Positions 61,460 through 64,000 of a DNA stretch of 64,000 nt are shown here, piece after piece. Positions within the stretch are counted from its first letter, which is position 1. The number at the start of each line of letters is the position of its first letter. This DNA is from Gracilinanus agilis (taxonomy: Eukaryota), in assembly GCF_016433145.1 (NCBI RefSeq), contig NC_058132.1, positions 270,797,373 to 270,861,372 on the forward strand, written 5' to 3'. The translations under genes and the position numbers were made by a program. Under the pieces are notes generated by a model. The model had not been told where the DNA came from and did no database searches. It was given only the letters and a program-made list of their open reading frames with translations.

Positions 61460-63170
61460 TCTTCACTGAACGAAGCATGAAAGGTAGGCAGTGAGAGGAG
61501 ATTCCCATGCTATAAGGAAAACTGCACAGGGGACTAGCCTTCCACCACTCACCATGCCAGTGAGAACCAGGGCGAGGGACATCTCCAAATTCTCAGGGAC
61601 TGGCTGAAAGCACCACAAACTCACCCCTGAGGGCTGTGCAAAGCCTGGGCAGAGGGATTAGAGGAATAACAGGGAACTCACTCCCATGGAGCAGCAGCAA
61701 CCCTAGCAGCTTAAGATAGCCTATGAGCAGCATTCAATGCAGCCTCCTACAACTACAGATCCACCCTTGAAAATATCAGCCATAGGAGGTAGGGTTCAGA
61801 GTTTTAGCAGCAGCATCAATAGCAGCAGCCTCAAAAGCAGCAGCAGCAACAACAACAACAGCAGCAGCAACAGTAGTAGCAGCAGTGAAGGAAGATCACA
61901 CAAAAACTATCAGAGATCTACGTGCCCTCACTCAGGCTTCTGACAGGGAAGGGAAGATAGTACCAAGGCAAAGCCCTGTGAGATAGAAGCTAAGAAAGCA
62001 ATGACCACCAATATGCAGGAATTCTCAGTCCTCTAGTGGCAAAAGGAAAAGCCACAACAGAAAAAGCTCTTGACCCTGGAGAATTTCTATGGTGAAAAAG
62101 AGCAAAATACAGAAGCAACAGCAGAGCGAGGAACAAACAAACACATCCAAACTTTCCGAAAAACATAAAGATTGGTCACAGACCCTCAAGGAACTCAAAA
62201 AGGAGTTCAATAACAACGTAAGAAAGATAGAAGAAAAATGGGAAGAAAAGTAAGAAAAAGAAATGAAAATAATATGTAAAGAAAATAACAGTTTAAAAAA
62301 ACAAAATAGCTCATATGGAAAAAGAGGTACAGAAATCAAATGAATTAATAAGCAAATTGGAGGCTAGAATTGACCAACTGGAAACCATGAAAAGCAGGAT
62401 AAACTAGAATTGGGCAAGCAGAAGCTAATGATCTCATGAGACAACAAGAATTAATAAAGCAAATTCAAAAGAATGAAAAAAATAGAAGTAAACATGAAAT
62501 GTTTCATTGAAAAAACAACTGACCTGGAAAACAGATCCAGGGGAGACAATTTGAGAATTATTGGACTACCTGAAAAGCATGGAACAAAAAAAGCAAACAA
62601 ATAAAAAATCTCTTGACATCATACTACAAGAAATTATCCAAGAAAACTGTCCTGATATTCTTGAATAAGAGGACAAAATAGACATTGAAATAATCCACAG
62701 ATCATCCCCTACATTAAATCCCTGAAAGCCAACTCCCCAGGAATGTTATAGCCAAATTCAACAGTTCAATTGCTCATGGGTAGGATGAGCTACTATAATA
62801 AAAATGAGAATCCCACCTAAATTAATTTACTTATTCAGTGCTATACACCAATCAAACAACCAAAAAATTTTTTTTATAGAATTAGAATTATTTCAAAGTT
62901 CATCTGGAAGAACAAATAATCAAGAATATCAAGGGAACTAATGAAAAAATGTGAAGGATGGAGGCCTAGCATTATCAGATCTCAAAATATACTATAAAGC
63001 AGTGATCATCAAAACAATATGGAACTGGTTTAGAGACAGAAGGGTGGATCAATGGAATAGACTTAGGGTAAATGACAGTAACATGATAGTGTTTGATAAA
63101 CTCAAAGATCCCAGCTTTTGGGATAAGAACCCACTATTTGACAAAAACTGCTGGGAGAATTGGAAAACAG
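61460..63170 (+). mobile_element. L1 with 5' UTR and ORF1 joined to post-RT ORF2 (large internal deletion)
   Basis: ORF1 motifs DLENRSRGDNLRIIGLPE (62521) and PRNVIAKF (62736-62759) are followed at 62768 by ORF2 NCSWVG*ATIIKM..PKLIYLFSAI...GGLALSDLKIYYKAVIIKTIW...FWDKNPLFDKNCWENW. Confidence 0.88.
61806..61886. repeat. Imperfect (CAG/CAA)n tract in the L1 5' UTR
   Basis: agcagcagcatcaatagcagcagc...aacaacaacagcagcagcaacagtagtagcagcag. Confidence 0.9.
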
Positions 63171-63654
63171 CCTATATGTGTCAGAATCAGAACTTGAACT
63201 CAAGCCTACTTGTATCTAAGGCCAGCTTTCTATTGAACATGACATGTTGCCTCTCATATATAATTATGAAATAATCTATTTAGCAGAAATATCCTTTCCT
63301 CTGAAATATCTATTTGGCATTTTCTTTTTTCTACTTCTTGAAACACAAACTATAAGTTAGTCGTCCGTGAGTGAACTAATTGTGGCTTCTTCAATATCTG
63401 AACTTCTCTTTGGTTAGTAAGGCTTTCAACTCGGGGATTCTCTCATTTACCTTGTCTTGCAGACTTCTATCCACCAAAAAACCAAGGTAAGTCCTTTTTG
63501 GAAATTCATTTTTTCGTTTCTATATTCTGTTTCATAGCCATTGTATCATCTGTTACTGGCAAATCCATAATTAAGCATCCTTTTTCTGGTACCAAGCCAG
63601 CATCCTCCCACCCCCACTCTCCAATACCTCCATACTAAGATTCTCCTGTCATCT

Positions 63655-63870
63655 TGAAAAGAATTGGAAGGAACTTTAGAGGTCAATCAATAAATCAACA
63701 AGCACTTCTTAAACACCCACTCTTATCTAGTCTAACCCTGTCATTTTTTAAATGTGGGATTGAGACCCAGAGAGGCTAAGGAACAAGGCTCATAAAGGTT
63801 ATAAGTGGCAAAGTCAAGATTACAACCAAGTCTTCTTTCAAATCCAATGCTGTGTCTGCTGTACCATATA
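63655..63870 (-). mobile_element. MIR3-type SINE
   Basis: gaattggaaggaactttagaggtca...tctagtctaaccctgtcatttt...tgagacccagagaggctaag. Confidence 0.6.
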
Positions 63871-64000
63871 TATTTCCAATAAGACAATAGGGGCTGGGGG
63901 AAAGGTTTCTTTGAAAATTATGAGGCCAAACTTCTTAAATCTGATCAGAAAATTAGAAATGCTAAGAAAATAGGTATTCCTAATTGATCTAAAGTGGAAT

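Noticed and set aside
61737-61943. Poly-Ser/Asn ORF suggesting a trinucleotide-repeat gene
   Set aside because: It is a CAG/CAA tract inside an L1 5' UTR.
62951-63274. 107-aa ORF as a cellular gene
   Set aside because: It is an L1 ORF2 fragment running into flanking DNA.
1-64000. CRISPR array, operon or other prokaryote-type system
   Set aside because: The sequence is mammalian. There are no regularly spaced direct repeats with unique spacers and no intact long ORFs.

Overview
This is eukaryotic, AT-rich, CpG-depleted, repeat-dense genomic DNA. It is almost certainly from a didelphid marsupial, most likely Monodelphis domestica: it carries SINE1_Mdo-type and Mar1/MIR-type SINEs, RTE1_Mars-like and older RTE-clade LINEs, L1, L2, CR1/L3, Tigger- and hAT-type DNA transposons and ERV LTRs. 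I cannot support any intact protein-coding gene, tRNA/rRNA gene or CRISPR array. The ORF-track entries are microsatellite, low-complexity, N-gap or decayed-transposon artefacts. The only cellular-gene homology I recognise is a ~160-bp decayed alpha-tubulin C-terminal fragment (14947-15107, +). The window reads as intergenic or deep-intronic sequence with several short assembly gaps. The most unusual structures are: (1) a compact H-type RNA pseudoknot with two perfect 9-bp stems plus a downstream hairpin, ~100 bp from tandem CTCF-like motifs (41.6-41.9 kb); (2) a 1.55-kb ERV-derived element whose 5' LTR lost its middle and has its tail plus tRNA-Arg PBS inverted (54141-55691); (3) a CpG-rich 207-bp hAT MITE with perfect TIRs; (4) an internally deleted L1 joining ORF1 to post-RT ORF2; (5) a few candidate minus-strand exons in repeat-free blocks. 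I found no convincing new multi-gene system. Repeat family names come from recalled consensus features, not a database search, and boundaries without TSDs are approximate.
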